Below, piece by piece: positions 60,746 through 64,000 of a stretch of DNA of 64,000 bases. The translations under genes were made by a program, and so were the position numbers. Position 1 is the stretch's first letter. Every line of letters starts with the position of its first letter. The notes under the pieces are model-generated. The model was not told the DNA's origin. It saw only the letters and a list, made by a program, of their open reading frames with translations, and did not search any database. The stretch is from Podarcis muralis (Eukaryota). The stretch lies in assembly GCF_964188315.1 (NCBI RefSeq), contig NC_135673.1:32736001-32800000 (forward strand), in the 5' to 3' direction.

Positions 60746-61623
60746 TCTTAAGGCTATCTTTGTTCTGGATGCCACCTTAGCATGAGAGAACATGGAATGT
60801 GATAACATGTTTTTGTGCTGGATAAATGCTTTCTGCTCCATAACAAATAGTATTTATATCCCCATACATCCAAGTTCTCAAGGTGGTCCACATCAAGGTT
60901 AAGAATAAATTAAAAATACATACAACAAAGCAATGCAACAACAAAACCACCCAGATTATTATAAAATTATTATAAAACTGTATGCATGTCTAGCAAAGCA
61001 CTGGAATGAAAGGATAATGAACTTGACCTAATCCTTACTTTTGCCTTCCCCTTCTTTAGCTATTGAACCTGCTTGGGGGGAAATTCTCTGCAGAATCTTA
61101 ATTTGTCCAGTTCATGAGGTGGATTCAATAGCTTGCTTGCCTTTTCTGAGTGGGGGGGAGGCAGCAACTGGGATCATGGTTGCAAACACCTTGGGTTTGT
61201 AGAGTTAAACCAGTTTAATATAATATAGCCACAAAGTGGGATCCAATACTGCATTCTTCCCTAATTCAGTTCCCCAGCTCTGACCTAAGCAAGCAAATAC
61301 CAAGATGCAACTTCTTGGAAGGAGGGGGACTAAAAGGAAAGAACATTAAGTAATATAAAGAAATCAGTGTGCTGTATTCTAGTCAAATTTTGTTTTCTAT
61401 TGCAGAGTTAAGGATAGTACAGGAAACTATCTTTTCTAAGGATAGCAAATGTTATTATGCCCAGGATACTTTGGCAGGCCTTAATAGCCAATGAGCCTTC
61501 CTTTTCCAAAAGATTATGCAGGCTGCAAACGTCAAGGTATTTGGGAGTGGAGATGCATGGGAGTTACTAGATTGAGGGTCTCTGGTGGCAGCACTATTAA
61601 CTTTCAGTCTTTTTATTTGACAG

Positions 61624-61748
61624 GGTGTTGTCCCTACTGCTCAGAGAGCTGCCATAGTGGTGGGAGTCGAATTGCCAGTCTATGACATCACCAAGAAGCA
61701 CTTGATCCTTTCAGGACTTGTGGGGGACACAATCCTTGCCCACTTCAT
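61624..61748 (+). CDS. SLC25A14: SLC25A14 coding exon 6
   Basis: [41 protein letters not shown](I). Confidence 0.95.
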
Positions 61749-62643
61749 GTAATTATTGACCAGTTTTGCATGTATAAAATGAATGTAAACATAGTGCTGT
61801 GGTGGGCAGATCACCTCTACCTACCGTCAGATCAATTTTCTGATGAGCAGAGGTGATGATAACACTTTCTCCAAGGCTGGTCTGCATGAATCAGCTGAGG
61901 ATATGAGCTCTGTGTGTGAGAGGGAGAGGGGAGAGCAGTATTGTGTGGGTCGTCACACCTGTTGATGGCATGCAGCTCCTGGAAGATTTGTCAAAGGTGA
62001 ATGTGGCCCTTGGACTTTACACTTCTGTGCTGAAGTTTCTCATTTCCACTGCCTGAGGAGTAGGTATTTTTTTAATGTTTGTGTCATGGAAGTACCAATC
62101 TAACATAAACACAAATAAATTAAGAACAGTTACTAAATCATCTGTAGGCACCTAACACTCAATTCTGGCAGGCACCTCCTCTTTCTTATTCTCAGCACTG
62201 AGACTTGCCACTTTTCAGAAGAGGAAGGGGAAGTAAAAAGAGAAAACGCCCCTTCGCTCACTTCATGCTGGAAATGAGAGGCAAGCCCTGCCCTTCTCTT
62301 GAGTCCTCAAGCACATACAGAGATCTCTGGAAGAGAAAGGGCCTCATCTCTAACTTCTTACCAGATTCTAGTCAGGAGCAGTCAGGACAGATCTTCACTG
62401 CTTCTAACTTTTACCAAAGCCAGTGCCAACTAATCCTGGCCCTACTTTGAGTTGTCTGGGTACACCGGAAGATTTAGGGGAGAGGGGCTGGTGGTAACCA
62501 GAAAAAATGGTTCCTGTGCACATCACCTCCATTATGTCAGTCTTGTTTCTAGAAGCAGTATATTAAGAATGGGAGGAATCTACAACCCCGAATTGTTTCC
62601 CCTGGAGTGCAAAAAGTAACCTCGTGTATTCTTCTCTATTTAG

Positions 62644-62779
62644 TTCCAGTTTTACATGTGGGCTGGCTGGTGCCGTTGCTTCAAATCCAGTAGATGTGGT
62701 GCGGACGCGTATGATGAATCAAAGGGCCATTGTGGGGACCGTTGACCTCTACAGGGGTACACTGGATGGTCTGTTAAAG
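62644..62779 (+). CDS. SLC25A14: SLC25A14 coding exon 7
   Basis: [45 protein letters not shown]; donor GTAAGG. Confidence 0.95.
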
Positions 62780-63513
62780 GTAAGGTTTGTAACGAAGTCA
62801 CTTTTGGGTCTTGAAATGTCAGGGACAAAATGGAAGATGGGTTAAAATCCTAAAAGTCCTTTGAAGTTGCTCATACAACATTAAAATAATTCAGTGATGT
62901 GTGTATGGCACGTGAAGTTTCTCCAAAAGCTAATTAAGATCCTCGTGTTATGCCATTCGTTCACAGTTTGTAGAAGCAGCCTCTTTCAATTAGCCCCTTT
63001 CTTCTTTACTACTTTTTAAAAATAAAATAAATAAATACAAACTGATCAGTGATTTGGTGTGTATATAGGGATTGCACTTTTTCCAAGACAAGGATAAATG
63101 ACAAATCTACTGGGAACTTCTTGTGCCTTCTAAATGAAGGAGACTTGCACACAAACACATGTCTGTGTATTCCTGGTAATTCTTGTGCCTGCCTCCAAAG
63201 CTAGCCATTGGGATTTTGCCTGCAGTTAAAACACTAGAAAGAGCAAAGGCATGTAATGAGCAGCTGGAGGAGATAGCGGGTACCTGTGGCCCTCCAGATG
63301 TTGCTGGGCAAAAAGTCCCATCATCCCTGACCCATTGGACATTCTGCCTATGAATGATGAGAGCTGGACTTCAACAACACTTGGAGAGCTACAAGTTCCC
63401 TTCCTCTGAACTAGAGGTTATCTAGAGACTGAATATCCATATAGCTGCAGGCCTTTGAGAGAACTGGTAGGTTGATCACAGTGGGTCCTGAAAATTTTCT
63501 GTCTCCTTCCCAG

Positions 63514-63594
63514 ACATGGAAAAGTGAGGGCTTCTTCGCGCTTTACAAAGGATTCTGGCCAAATTGGTTGCGGCTTGGCCCCTGGAACATAATT
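63514..63594 (+). CDS. SLC25A14: SLC25A14 coding exon 8
   Basis: [27 protein letters not shown]; followed by GTATCCTTT. Confidence 0.95.
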
Positions 63595-63603
63595 GTATCC
63601 TTT
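63595..63603 (+). other. U12-type (minor spliceosome) 5' splice site
   Basis: GTATCCTTT is an exact match to the U12 donor consensus RTATCCTTT, at the expected exon boundary. Confidence 0.85.
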
Positions 63604-64000
63604 AATGTGTGTGACCTTGGTGGGAAAGGAAAGTCGAAGAGAGTTCTCAAAGCAATTATCCCATAGTATTCTTTCTGGAGTTAGATATTAGATCACAGCT
63701 AGACAGATCTTACAACAATCCAACAATGATGTATTCTCATATCACTTTCAACTGCAACTAAACTAAACTGTTGTTTAAAGGTGAATGCCCAGTGTGCTGA
63801 TGCAGGCTGCTAAAATTGCAAGGGCTTCACTTTGCTCCTTGTTTGTTGCTGCTGGGGACCAAGCCATGGTCTGGTTTAGTTTTGGTTCTGAACCTGGGCT
63901 TGTGGGTTTACTGCTCTCTAAACAAACCATTAGTGGTAAGCCAATAACAGACTTTGGTTACAGTTCGTGGTATACGTGTGGAGAGAATTAAACCACTAAC

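Larger units (their letters stand above)
53395..63594 (+). other. SLC25A14: SLC25A14 (UCP5/BMCP1) gene, 277 codons in window; last exon beyond window end
   Basis: Three mitochondrial carrier signatures ([24 protein letters not shown]); residues [22 protein letters not shown] and locus favour SLC25A14 over SLC25A30. Confidence 0.93.

Noticed and set aside
1-64000. CRISPR arrays, operons or other prokaryotic defence systems
   Set aside because: Sequence is clearly spliced vertebrate DNA; repeated units are dispersed transposon copies, not regularly spaced repeat-spacer arrays.

Overview
Vertebrate (squamate, most likely lacertid lizard) genomic DNA carrying a spliced five-gene block syntenic with human Xq26/chicken 4p. 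Order: AIFM1 (minus; exons 1, 2a, 2b, 3 and a candidate 30-nt exon; the rest lies left of the window), then head-to-head a three-exon MARS2 (575 aa), RAB33A (2 exons, 216 aa), RBMX2 (6 exons, 279 aa) and SLC25A14/UCP5 (8 coding exons here; the last exon lies right of the window, behind a U12-type donor). Four CpG-island promoters are present. Introns and intergenic DNA are rich in mobile elements: 12 Sauria SINE copies (most with readable TSDs), six L1-clade LINE fragments (one 5'-inverted, one young with an open ORF), a probable solo LTR, hAT and Tc1/mariner MITEs, other tRNA-derived SINEs and microsatellites. No prokaryotic features, CRISPR arrays or true tRNA/rRNA genes were seen. Gene names rest on recalled protein similarity and consistent splice phases read by eye, not on a database search. 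The best leads are the intron-containing MARS2 at the AIFM1 promoter, the AIFM1 alternative-splicing architecture (mutually exclusive 2a/2b plus a possible extra microexon), the minor-spliceosome intron in SLC25A14, and a twin-primed L1.
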